64,000 nt of DNA, from NCBI GenBank assembly GCA_026988515.1, contig JALSLA010000069.1, positions 3,289 through 67,288 on the forward strand, written 5' to 3'. Position numbers and translations under genes: made by a program. This document shows positions 19,439 through 28,557 of this stretch, piece after piece. Source of the DNA: Helicobacteraceae bacterium. Its GTDB lineage: Bacteria > Campylobacterota > Campylobacteria > Campylobacterales > Sulfurimonadaceae. Position 1 is the stretch's first letter. Every line of letters starts with the position of its first letter. The notes beneath the pieces were generated by a model, which was not told the DNA's origin, made no database searches, and saw nothing but the letters and a program-made list of their open reading frames with translations.

Positions 19439-21217
19439 TTATTCACTTTCTTGTACTGTATTATACCAATAAAATTTAACGCATTGTGATGCTGAATTGT
19501 TATTTTCATGAAACAGTGGCGGTTGTGCCATCCATCGGGTGGTAATACGTTGCGGAGAAACGCCTAAAGCAATGAGTGCATCGGTTACGTTTTGCGCCCT
19601 TTTTTTGGCAATGCGTCTGTTTTGTAACAGATTTTTAGATGGACTCGAATAGCCAATAACACCAAGATGCGTTTGCGGATATTGTTCGAGGTGTGCGGCA
19701 ATGCGTTCAAGCAGTGGTGCATGCTCTTTGTCTATAGCAGATGCCCCGTTTTTAAAATAGAGGCTGTGCTGACGGCTTTTGGTGTATGCAACATTAATAT
19801 AGAGATGTTTAATGGCATCAAGTTCTGTAATAATGTCGGCAGCTTGTTGCAGTCGTTGCGGTGATGTAGCCTCTCCTGTAATGGTAACTGTACCATTGGT
19901 CACATCATACGTGAGATTTGTATAGGGGTCACTATTGAGTACGGCAATTTGCTTGGCAATAAGACGCTTGCTTTTTGCATAATCTTCAAGGGGTTTGAGC
20001 ACTAACACCCTGTTGTCAATGTCATAGGGAAATTTTTTTGTCATGAGCGTATTAAAAAGTTCATCGTTGAGTTTTGCATTCGGAACTTTTCCCTCAATGA
20101 CTAACGTATTGTCCTGCCATGAGGTGCTAATAGCATAAAGTGCTAAATGCGGATTGTTTTGAATGCGCGTTGCGATCATTGCTTGAAAGTGCTCTTTTTT
20201 ATAGTGTGTGTAATAGGACCATGCACCCAAAGTGAGCAACAAGAAAGCAATAATAGCTAAAGGCCATTTGCTGGGAGGCTGATCTTTGGCGGGTTTATGC
20301 TGATTCAATGCAAATAAGGGCGTAAACAACGTTTCAATGTCGTGTGTAGGTATTGATGAGAGATCGCCGTCAAACTCTTGAATGTCAGTAGCATAATGAT
20401 CTAAAATAGCTGTGAGAACCTCATTGGTCGCTGTTACAACGTCTTGTGTGGTTTGTCCGTCGAGAAGAACGGCCAAATAAGAGTGCCCTGAAGATTCCAG
20501 ATAGATTTTAGATTCACCGTAGTTAATCTCATTGACATCACGAAACTGCTCTTGCTGATGAATCCAGTTGTTAATGAAATCTGTCAGTGCCGTTAACATG
20601 GAACCGACCATTTCGGGTTCATTAATGTGATTGCCTTTATCGACGCGATGCGCAATAATGGCTCCCATCGGCTTATGAATAAGCAGAACTGCTTTTACAT
20701 GTACGGGTAAGGACTCATAAAGCAATAGTTCCGCCTCATCAATTCCTTGTACTTTTGCCTGTATTTTTCGTTTAATATTTTGAATGCTTAAGCCGTGTTG
20801 TATTTTTGCATTAATATCATTCATCATATCTTGTAGCATTTGAGAAACATATTTGGAGATCATGCCGCCGACTACCGGATACAAAAGATCGGAAACATCC
20901 TCTTTGTGGGTGATTGTATAGTTGTGCAACTCTCGGTAAATGAGTGGGGATATTTTTTTAATGACCGGCTCATACGATGCTTTGGAACCATGTTCTACCA
21001 AAGTATTCAGGGCACAAACTACGGCATGTTCAAACGCTGCATGTTCTTGTGTTGATGCGTCAACAAGCATCTTGGAGAAATGCGGTGCAATATGTTCAAT
21101 AAGCCTCTCGGGATACTCCAAACGCTCTTGAAGCTGTTGAAGTTCTGCTTCTATATGTGCTACCGATCGGAGTTCATCTCCTAAAAGTAACTGCCTGAGC
21201 CGTTCAAGTTCACTCAT
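19439..21217 (-). CDS. multidomain envelope protein: cytoplasmic N-terminal region, one TM helix, two BON-like segments, C-terminal OmpA/MotB-like peptidoglycan-binding domain
   Basis: TM WPLAIIAFLLLTLGAWSYY. BON-like LVIEGKVPNAKLNDELF and VTITGEATSPQRLQQAADIITELDAIKHLYINV. OmpA-like LYFKNGASAIDKEH...GVIGYSSPSKNLLQNRRIAKKRAQNVTDALIALGVSPQRI. Confidence 0.75.
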   Translation of the reverse strand: MSELERLRQLLLGDELRSVAHIEAELQQLQERLEYPERLIEHIAPHFSKMLVDASTQEHAAFEHAVVCALNTLVEHGSKASYEPVIKKISPLIYRELHNYTITHKEDVSDLLYPVVGGMISKYVSQMLQDMMNDINAKIQHGLSIQNIKRKIQAKVQGIDEAELLLYESLPVHVKAVLLIHKPMGAIIAHRVDKGNHINEPEMVGSMLTALTDFINNWIHQQEQFRDVNEINYGESKIYLESSGHSYLAVLLDGQTTQDVVTATNEVLTAILDHYATDIQEFDGDLSSIPTHDIETLFTPLFALNQHKPAKDQPPSKWPLAIIAFLLLTLGAWSYYTHYKKEHFQAMIATRIQNNPHLALYAISTSWQDNTLVIEGKVPNAKLNDELFNTLMTKKFPYDIDNRVLVLKPLEDYAKSKRLIAKQIAVLNSDPYTNLTYDVTNGTVTITGEATSPQRLQQAADIITELDAIKHLYINVAYTKSRQHSLYFKNGASAIDKEHAPLLERIAAHLEQYPQTHLGVIGYSSPSKNLLQNRRIAKKRAQNVTDALIALGVSPQRITTRWMAQPPLFHENNNSASQCVKFYWYNTVQESE

Positions 21218-21777
21218 TGCTGCGAAGGTGTCTCTTGTATCTCAATGTCCAGGGGCACTCCTTTGAGTTGCAGTGCCGTATTCATCAGCAGTTCACTCAA
21301 CTTCTCTTTAGAGAGATGCTGCTCATTAATATCACTGTGTAATGCATTTAGCTGATCGGTCATCTCCTGATGGAGACGCTCCAAAGTAATTTTAAACGCA
21401 TCCATTTCCCGATGCGAGGCGACTTTTCCGGCTTCAATCGTGTCTTCAATTTCTTGAGAACGCACTTCAATAGCCGTTTGCATACGACGTTCAAGCTTTA
21501 GGGTTTGATCATGAATATCATTAATCTCTTCCTGACGTTGGGTATGAAATTGTTTTAAACGTTTTTGCAAAGCGTTAACATCTTCTTGCATGCGTTGATT
21601 TAACTCTTCTTTAATTAAAATCAGTGATGTCTCAACACTTTCTTGCAAACGATCAAAACGGTTGTTTAAATCATCAATGGCTGCCGTAATGCCGGCAAGT
21701 TGCGAACCAAAAAGGAGTTCACGAATTTGTTCAATATTTCCAAGGCTGTCTAAGCCGTTTTTTTGTGGGTTGTCCAT
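21214..21777 (-). CDS. coiled-coil protein, first gene of the GTPase operon
   Basis: 187 aa, heptad-rich and Glu/Gln/Leu-rich. ATGA overlap with the downstream gene. The N-terminal motif IEQIRELLFGSQL is shared with the downstream protein. Confidence 0.6.
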   Translation of the reverse strand: MDNPQKNGLDSLGNIEQIRELLFGSQLAGITAAIDDLNNRFDRLQESVETSLILIKEELNQRMQEDVNALQKRLKQFHTQRQEEINDIHDQTLKLERRMQTAIEVRSQEIEDTIEAGKVASHREMDAFKITLERLHQEMTDQLNALHSDINEQHLSKEKLSELLMNTALQLKGVPLDIEIQETPSQQ

Positions 21778-21889
21778 GATTGTTAGCCTCTATACACTTA
21801 AATGATGAGAGATTTTATCAAAAAGCATCTTAATATTTTCAGCAAATTTATACTAAAATAGCTATGCAAAACATTTTTGGAGCAGTTAT

Positions 21890-22621
21890 ATGTTTGATCC
21901 CATGGTGCTTTACAGAGAGTCTGCTCACTTAAGTATTCTAATTGTTGAAGATCACCTCTCTTTACGCACACGAATTGTCGAAATTCTTAGTGATCTGTTT
22001 GCTCAAGTTGATGAAGCGCAAAACGGCATTGATGCGCTGGAACAATATAAAGCGTATCGGAAACAACACGGAGTCTACTACGACTTGGTTCTTTCAGATA
22101 TTCAGATGCCGCAAATGAATGGTATTGATTTAACGGCAGAGCTCTATGCGCTGCATGAAGAGCAACCTATTATTATTTTATCGGCACATCAAGATGCCAA
22201 ATACCTTCTTGCGCTTATTAATTTCGGAGTAGCTCAGTTTATTACCAAGCCGATTGAGCAAGATCAAATGCTCGAGACGCTCTACAATGTCTGTAGAAAA
22301 ATCAACAAATCAACAGCAAAACAATCTGAAGACACGATTGTTCTGGGAGACAGGTGTATTTGGGATGCACGTACACAGGTGCTTAAAGTTGACAATGAAG
22401 TCGTTTCTCTAACCAAACATGAAATCTATTTTATGGAGTTGTTTGGCAGGCACCTCGATAAAATTTGCAGTATGGATGATATATTAAACTACTTTTTTCT
22501 TAATAATATAGATATTAGTGCCGAAAATGTACGGAGCTCTATTGCGCGACTTCGTAAAAAACTTCCCAAAAACAGTATTACGAGCGTGTATGGCTTGGGC
22601 TATAAGCTTTCAAGTTATTAA
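21890..22621 (+). CDS. OmpR/PhoB-type response regulator (REC + winged helix)
   Basis: REC: IVEDH...VLSDIQMPQMNG...LSAHQDA...TKP. C-terminal LTKHEIYFMELF...IARLRKKL...YGLGYKL. Confidence 0.85.
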   Translation: MFDPMVLYRESAHLSILIVEDHLSLRTRIVEILSDLFAQVDEAQNGIDALEQYKAYRKQHGVYYDLVLSDIQMPQMNGIDLTAELYALHEEQPIIILSAHQDAKYLLALINFGVAQFITKPIEQDQMLETLYNVCRKINKSTAKQSEDTIVLGDRCIWDARTQVLKVDNEVVSLTKHEIYFMELFGRHLDKICSMDDILNYFFLNNIDISAENVRSSIARLRKKLPKNSITSVYGLGYKLSSY

Positions 22622-23576
22622 CATAGGCTTGAATATTCTTCTGTAGTTCTTGTGAAACCTCTACATCCAAATCCATTAACGAAAGAGGCAGATTAAAGTC
22701 TGCAAGCTTTACGTAATCCTTGTAGGTAACCAGAAGTGATGCTGCGCCGCTCTCATGCAACATCTGCTCAAGCTCCTCTTTTTGAAAATAGTAATGGTCG
22801 GGAAAATAGCGGTGCCCGACAACCCCTTTGGGTAAATACGGCTGTAATCGTTCGGGACGGGCAATGGCGGTAACAAGCAACATGGCGGAAGTCAGGTTTT
22901 TGTAGGTTACGTTACGCTTAAAAGTACGTTCCTCCTGGGCAATATAAGCAGTTTTACCTCGCCAAAGTCGTTCACGAAACGGGCCTGCAGGCAGACAAAA
23001 CGTATTGGGAGTTGCTATGTCAATGAGAATATCATATTTTTTAATATTATGCTTGGAATAGCCATCATCCAAGAAGACAACCTCACAATGCATCTGCTGT
23101 GCCTTTGCGATGGCATCCATACGGTTTTCACTGACAATGACAACAGCTTTGGAAAGTTTTTGGGCATAAATCATCGCTTCGTCCCCGCTCTGTTTGACGT
23201 CACAGTGTATGCCTTGGGAATCTTTCACTACAAGAAGACCGCTGCTGTGTCTGCCGTATCCCCGCAAAATAATGCATGGAGCAGTAAAAGTGGAAGCCAG
23301 AGCAGAGACAAGCGGTGTTTTACCGCTACCGCCTACGGTAAGATTTCCAACGCTAATAATGGGGATACGGCAGTCTGTCTCTTTGGCTGCTTTATAACGT
23401 AACCAAACTGTGAAACAGTAGAGAAGACTGAGCGGGTAGAGGCAATAAGAGAGTAGACGATCTGCAACCGACGGCGCATAAAAGTAACGCTCTACCCACG
23501 ATACAACAGACTTTTTATACTCGATTTTTGTTGACTTCAAGAATGCTGTCACAGATGTATTTAATCTCTTTGTCAC
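22578..23576 (-). CDS. lpxK: tetraacyldisaccharide 4'-kinase
   Basis: VGNLTVGGSGKTP P-loop and LpxK-like N-terminus (W.ERYFY.P...LYPLSLLY). The start is uncertain: in-frame GTG at 23552 or TTG at 23540 would shorten the overlap with the upstream gene. Confidence 0.85.
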   Translation of the reverse strand: MTKRLNTSVTAFLKSTKIEYKKSVVSWVERYFYAPSVADRLLSYCLYPLSLLYCFTVWLRYKAAKETDCRIPIISVGNLTVGGSGKTPLVSALASTFTAPCIILRGYGRHSSGLLVVKDSQGIHCDVKQSGDEAMIYAQKLSKAVVIVSENRMDAIAKAQQMHCEVVFLDDGYSKHNIKKYDILIDIATPNTFCLPAGPFRERLWRGKTAYIAQEERTFKRNVTYKNLTSAMLLVTAIARPERLQPYLPKGVVGHRYFPDHYYFQKEELEQMLHESGAASLLVTYKDYVKLADFNLPLSLMDLDVEVSQELQKNIQAYVNNLKAYSPSHTRS

Positions 23577-24633
23577 TCAATGATGCATAAATGGGCAATG
23601 AAAGTACCTGCTGAAAGGTTCGTAGTGCGACAGGAAAGTCATTGACACGCAGCATGTATTTTGTTTTGTAATAACTCAGTAAATGCAATGGAATGTAGTG
23701 CAGTCCCGTCTCAATCCCTTTTTCATCCAATTCACGAGCAAAAGAGTCTCTGTTTTTATCGACCTTGATAATATAAAGTGAACAGGAGTGATCAGTACCT
23801 ATGATTGGGAGTTCGATATGTTTTGCTTCGGAGAGCTTGTCGCTGTAAATGGCGGCAATCTGTTTTTGACGTTCAATACTGCTGTCTTGCTTTTTTAACT
23901 GCTGAGAAATAAAAGCAGCATCCAAATCGCTCATGGTATATTTATTGCCGATATCTACAACATCGTAAATATATTCCAAGCCCTCATCGTCATGCGTCAT
24001 AGCATGGTTGCGAAGAAGTTTGGCACGTTCATAAATCTCCTCGTTTTCGGTAACTAGCATGCCACCGGCACAGACACTCTTTTTTAAATGTGTCGCAAAG
24101 CTAAAGCAGGTAATATCCGCACCGGTAGCACCGATTTTTTTACCTTTGTAAACTGCTCCCAGAGCATCTGAAGCATCTTCGACAATTTTGACACCGTAAA
24201 TTTTGGCAATATTGTAAAGGCGGTCCAGGTCAACAGGCTGTCCTGCAATATGTGAAACAATAACGGCTTTGAGTTTTTTAGTGGCACTGTCTTCTAAATA
24301 CGATTCGAGTTTATTCAGGTCGATACTGAAGTTTTCTTTGTCAATATCAATAAATATAGGTTCGGCATCGAAATGTCGTACAACTTCCGGAACAGCCGGA
24401 TAGGCATTAACAGAGCATAAAACCTTATCGCCGCGTTTGAGGTCAATAGCTAACATGGCCAAATGGAGTGCGGAGGTTCCATGAGAGGTTGAGAGTGCAT
24501 AAGTAGCACCGACATAGTCTGTAAACTCTTCTTCGAGTGCTTCGACGGCAGAGTAGACATTGCCGTCGAGGACATCGGTAATAGCCTGGTGCTCTTCCGT
24601 TCCGATTTGTGCTCTATAAAATGGTATATTCAT
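23515..24633 (-). CDS. DegT/DnrJ/EryC1/StrS family sugar aminotransferase
   Basis: 372 aa. N-terminal pattern ...EE...I..VL......G..V..LE.EF..Y.G...A...SHGTSALHLA and FSFATHLKKSVCAGG (PLP-lysine region) fit the family. Confidence 0.85.
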   Translation of the reverse strand: MNIPFYRAQIGTEEHQAITDVLDGNVYSAVEALEEEFTDYVGATYALSTSHGTSALHLAMLAIDLKRGDKVLCSVNAYPAVPEVVRHFDAEPIFIDIDKENFSIDLNKLESYLEDSATKKLKAVIVSHIAGQPVDLDRLYNIAKIYGVKIVEDASDALGAVYKGKKIGATGADITCFSFATHLKKSVCAGGMLVTENEEIYERAKLLRNHAMTHDDEGLEYIYDVVDIGNKYTMSDLDAAFISQQLKKQDSSIERQKQIAAIYSDKLSEAKHIELPIIGTDHSCSLYIIKVDKNRDSFARELDEKGIETGLHYIPLHLLSYYKTKYMLRVNDFPVALRTFQQVLSLPIYASLSDKEIKYICDSILEVNKNRV

Positions 24634-24644
24634 TAGGGTTTCCT

Positions 24645-25457
24645 TTACAGTGTAATATCTCTTGGATAGTTAAAATCATGATTAAGAGTACGCGAAGTCA
24701 CTTTTGCAATAATAGGCATTTTCCTTTTAAACTGATTCTTGTAGATTCTTGAAATTATCATATTTACCAGCTCTTTGTCAAATCCTTCTTGCAGCAGCTC
24801 TTCTTTTGATGAGCGTTCTTCAACATATTTTTTTAAGACAACATCCAGAATGTCATAGCTGTAGCCAATCTCTTCTTCATCACTTTGACCTTCCCAAAGA
24901 TCGGCACTTGGAGGTTTTTTAATAATAGTATCGGGAATGTTCAGATAGCGTGCAAATTCGAAAATCTCACTTTTGTAAAGATCGCCGATGGGATTAAGCG
25001 CTGAGGCAAGATCGCCGTACAGGGTCCCGTAACCCAGCATTAGTTCACTTTTGTTGCTCGTTCCAATAACCAGAGCATGCTCTTGCGCAGAGATGTCAAA
25101 AAGTAGTGCCATACGCATCCGAGCAGAGAAATTTCCTGTACGTAAACTGTTCATCTTTTCGGTTTTTTCATAAGCTCGCAACAGCGGCTCAATACTTTTG
25201 GTAACGGATCGTATCTGAAATTGTTGGCATAATAACGCAGCATCCTCAAGGGAACTTTTTGAAGAATAGTGCGAAGGCATTTTGACACATAAAAGCCGAT
25301 CTCCAAACGCCTGTTGCGCCAAAACGGCTACCACAGCAGAGTCTATACCGCCACTGAGTCCTACAACAACATGATTACAACCGGTCTTTTCAACCTCATT
25401 TTTCAAAAAGGCGACAAGGTAACGTGTTAAGAGTGCATATTTTTGCAACGGCATCAA
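24645..25457 (-). CDS. nadE: NH3-dependent NAD+ synthetase
   Basis: GLSGGIDSAV PP-loop and NadE-like length and motifs (GTSNKSELMLGYGTLYGD). Confidence 0.9.
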   Translation of the reverse strand: MMPLQKYALLTRYLVAFLKNEVEKTGCNHVVVGLSGGIDSAVVAVLAQQAFGDRLLCVKMPSHYSSKSSLEDAALLCQQFQIRSVTKSIEPLLRAYEKTEKMNSLRTGNFSARMRMALLFDISAQEHALVIGTSNKSELMLGYGTLYGDLASALNPIGDLYKSEIFEFARYLNIPDTIIKKPPSADLWEGQSDEEEIGYSYDILDVVLKKYVEERSSKEELLQEGFDKELVNMIISRIYKNQFKRKMPIIAKVTSRTLNHDFNYPRDITL

Positions 25458-25534
25458 TCCTGATTTCTGAAAATAAATTTAATAAAAAATATTATATCAA
25501 ACTTTCATTACAAATTGGTTTGCTTGAATTAATT

Positions 25535-25543
25535 TGTTACAAT
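25535..25543 (+). promoter_or_regulatory. putative extended -10 promoter element TGtTACAAT
   Basis: Lies inside the track ORF's N-terminal extension, which argues that the real start is the ATG at 25561. Confidence 0.35.
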
Positions 25544-25560
25544 TCTTTAAAAAAAGAGAT

Positions 25561-26157
25561 ATGATGAGAATACAAGCGGAACCTATGGGTGCCTATCAGA
25601 CCAACTGTTATATTGTGAGTACGAAAGGGAAAGATATTATTATTGATCCGGGTGTTGATGCGACGTCGTGGGTCATGCGTCATGTTACCAATCCGGTTGC
25701 CATTTTAAACACGCACGGACACTTTGATCATGTCTGGAGCAATCAAGAACTCAAAGAGAAACTCAATATTCCTCTGTATACGCCTAAAGATGATGTTTTT
25801 TTACTACAAAACAGTACTTTTATGCCTGATCTTCCTCATTCGTTTCCCGATGTGGAAGTTGATGGCGATGCCAACATGGATATTGAGGGAATCACTGTAG
25901 TATTTCGTCACTTTCCGGGCCACTGCCCCGGATGTTCAACAATTGAGATTGGAGATGCCATGTTTAGCGGTGACTTTATTTTTGAAAATTCCATCGGCAG
26001 GGTGGATTTTCCCTACTCCGATGTCAATGCCATGAAAGAGAGTCTCAAACGTTTTGCAACCATACCTTACGATAAAACGGTCTATCCCGGCCATGGCGGA
26101 ACGACAACTATTGCCAAAGAACAACGCAATGTACCCTATTGGCTACGTGCTATTTAG
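25561..26157 (+). CDS. MBL-fold metallo-hydrolase (glyoxalase II-like)
   Basis: NTHGHFDH metal-binding motif, plus later HFPGH and GH residues. Confidence 0.8.
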   Translation: MMRIQAEPMGAYQTNCYIVSTKGKDIIIDPGVDATSWVMRHVTNPVAILNTHGHFDHVWSNQELKEKLNIPLYTPKDDVFLLQNSTFMPDLPHSFPDVEVDGDANMDIEGITVVFRHFPGHCPGCSTIEIGDAMFSGDFIFENSIGRVDFPYSDVNAMKESLKRFATIPYDKTVYPGHGGTTTIAKEQRNVPYWLRAI

Positions 26158-26624
26158 TCGCTTAGCGCTTCAGAATTTTGCAGTAACGAAAGGTTTAAAA
26201 CGTGATGCTCTGTGATCACAGTTTTAAACTCTCCTTCAAATACTTTAATCTCCGAGCTGTAGCCTTTTACATGTACATTACGCTTGCGCCCCTCTTTGTG
26301 ACGTACTTGTGCTTCAAAGATGACGCTGTCTCCGACGCGAACCGGTGCTAAAAATTGGCAGGTGCTTGCAGCAAGAACAACATTTTTGTCATTGACGGCA
26401 CTCATAGCGGCAAAATCGGCGGCACTAAAAATAAAACCGCCGTGAACCAAACCGGCCTCGTCGGCCCGCATCTCTTCGGTAGTACTTAAAACAATCTTGG
26501 CATACCCTTTTTGCAGCACCTCAATGTCGCCGCTGAGTGCCTGATTGATTTTTAGGTGTGTTTGAAGCTGGATCTCTTCGTGTGCATTAGATGCTTCTGT
26601 ATGACTCTGTTCTTCATCGGACAC
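26154..26624 (-). CDS. hotdog-fold (PaaI/4HBT-like) thioesterase
   Basis: GLVHGGFIFSAADFAAMSAVN motif and about 150 aa size. Confidence 0.7.
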   Translation of the reverse strand: MSDEEQSHTEASNAHEEIQLQTHLKINQALSGDIEVLQKGYAKIVLSTTEEMRADEAGLVHGGFIFSAADFAAMSAVNDKNVVLAASTCQFLAPVRVGDSVIFEAQVRHKEGRKRNVHVKGYSSEIKVFEGEFKTVITEHHVLNLSLLQNSEALSD

Positions 26625-26633
26625 ATTAATTCC

Positions 26634-27524
26634 TTATTTGCTTAATTTAACATAGACACGCTTCGGTGCCGGGTAGCCTTCTATGGTTTTAGTAGTATCG
26701 TCAGGATCGAGAAAATTTTCAAGACTCTCCCCGTCAATCCACTCTGTTTTACGCTGTTCATCCGGTTGTGTGACGCTGGTATGCAGTAGATTAAATGTTT
26801 TAAAACCGGCGCGCAGACACCAGTTTTTCAGGGCGTTAACAGTAGGAATGAAATAGATGTTGGGGATTTTAGAATAGCTCCCTTTGGGTGTTAAACAGAC
26901 CTCATCATCGCCCTCAATCATAAACGTATCTAAAATGACGTCACCGTGAGTATCCAAACCTTTATAGAGTGCTTTGAGCATGCCGACAGGGTCGCTTCGA
27001 TGATAGAGTACTCCCAGACAAAAGATCAGGTCAAATTTTTTTTCGTAAAACGGCAGATGTTCCACGCCGAGCAGTTCATAAACAATATCGGTTTTGGCAA
27101 AACGGTTAATCAGTTCAAATTGCAGTTTGTACAGTGGAGACGGATCAAAACCAACAAGAAGCTTCGGTTGATCTTCGAGCATGCGAAACATATAGTAACC
27201 GTTATTGCAGCCAATATCGGCAACCCGTTTTCCATGCAGGTTGAAATGCGGACGGAGTATATTATATTTTATCTGACTTTGCCATTCACTGTCGATAAAC
27301 AGTGAAAAAATCTTAAACGGACCTTTGCGCCACGGCATCATCATTCTGGCCACACTCGTCACTGCTTCAAGATTGAGATCCTCATTACTTTCAAGCGTAA
27401 TGGTATCGGAAATAATCAGGCGTGCCTGAATTTCAGGAAGATTGTCAAGCGCATGCTGTATGGGAGCAATATTTTTCCAGCCCATCCATTTCTTACGCTC
27501 TTGTCGAATTGTATCTAAGTCCAC
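26634..27524 (-). CDS. cmoB: tRNA U34 carboxymethyltransferase CmoB
   Basis: MPWRKGPF...IDSEWQS, DIGCNNGYY SAM motif, C-terminal QRKTEWI...LENFLDP...TIEGYPAPKR closely parallel E. coli CmoB as I remember it. The start is probably the GTG at 27524. The longer track ORF overlaps the divergent gene. Confidence 0.85.
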   Translation of the reverse strand: MDLDTIRQERKKWMGWKNIAPIQHALDNLPEIQARLIISDTITLESNEDLNLEAVTSVARMMMPWRKGPFKIFSLFIDSEWQSQIKYNILRPHFNLHGKRVADIGCNNGYYMFRMLEDQPKLLVGFDPSPLYKLQFELINRFAKTDIVYELLGVEHLPFYEKKFDLIFCLGVLYHRSDPVGMLKALYKGLDTHGDVILDTFMIEGDDEVCLTPKGSYSKIPNIYFIPTVNALKNWCLRAGFKTFNLLHTSVTQPDEQRKTEWIDGESLENFLDPDDTTKTIEGYPAPKRVYVKLSK

Positions 27525-27552
27525 ATTGCCTCCAGTTTTGTTAAAATACCTT

Positions 27553-28521
27553 ATGAAGTATCTAATTATAATATTATTATGGCTCACATTGTATGCTGAT
27601 TCTAATATTTCCAATAAGATGCTTATTAATTATGACCGGTACCATCACGATATTACCGGATTCTTGCATCAGTATTCCGAGGCTATCGACCGGTTTCTTT
27701 CCGATACCAATAGCAGCCATCGCTACAAGGAGAGCACAAAAAAAACATCGCTGGAACTCTCTCCTTTTATGGTGTTCGAAGACAATCGTGATGCAGAGTA
27801 TCGTTTCAAGGTGCGTATAGCACTTAAATTGCCCCAAACCTCCAAAAAACTACAGCTCTCTTTTGAAGATTTTAGCAATAGCGATTCGGTTGATGACAGC
27901 GGAAATATTGCAGATCTTCCGATACAGAGTAACTATCTTTTAGGATTGGAGTATTTTTCATACGATAGAAAACTGGTCAATGCCAATATGACAACCGGTC
28001 TTAAGATTAATAATGCAAAGCTAGATCCTTATATAGGCCTCACCTTGCGAAAGCAACTTTATGTCAATACTTGGCATGTAACGTTCCTTAATCGTTTGAA
28101 ATACTTTCTTAATTTACATGTAGATAATCGCTTTGAGATTAACTTGGGGTATTTTATTAACGGAACAACAAAACTGCAGCTGCTCAATAGTTATCGCTAT
28201 CGCGACGAGGCGTATACCAATGAGCTCACCCATACGCTTCGTATTCATAAGTTGATATCCGAACGTAAAAACATCTATACCGATATCAGTCTGTATAAGT
28301 TAGAAAATTACCGGCAGGCATTTCATATTGCATATTACAAAGTGGGTTTTCACTACCACAATACTTTTTATAAACGATGGCTCTATTATGAAGCGGCTCC
28401 TTCATTAATGTTTCGTGCCGAAAATAATTACAAACCGACAGCACGAATTTTTTTAAGTCTGGGTCTCGTTTTTGGAGTGCATCACCGATATGACACCGAT
28501 AGATTTTACTCTAATTATTAA
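27553..28521 (+). CDS. putative outer-membrane beta-barrel protein
   Basis: Signal peptide MKYLIIILLWLTLYA at the internal Met. Tyr/Asn-rich alternating pattern and aromatic C-terminus (...RFYSNY). Confidence 0.5.
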   Translation: MKYLIIILLWLTLYADSNISNKMLINYDRYHHDITGFLHQYSEAIDRFLSDTNSSHRYKESTKKTSLELSPFMVFEDNRDAEYRFKVRIALKLPQTSKKLQLSFEDFSNSDSVDDSGNIADLPIQSNYLLGLEYFSYDRKLVNANMTTGLKINNAKLDPYIGLTLRKQLYVNTWHVTFLNRLKYFLNLHVDNRFEINLGYFINGTTKLQLLNSYRYRDEAYTNELTHTLRIHKLISERKNIYTDISLYKLENYRQAFHIAYYKVGFHYHNTFYKRWLYYEAAPSLMFRAENNYKPTARIFLSLGLVFGVHHRYDTDRFYSNY

Positions 28522-28557
28522 CATGCTAGAATGCGACAATTTGAGTAAAGGTATTGT

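Noticed and set aside
27442-27614. 173-nt overlap of the long track ORFs for cmoB and the divergent outer-membrane-like gene
   Set aside because: Both ORFs have better internal starts: GTG at 27524 for cmoB by comparison with E. coli CmoB, and ATG at 27553 giving a signal peptide. These remove the overlap.
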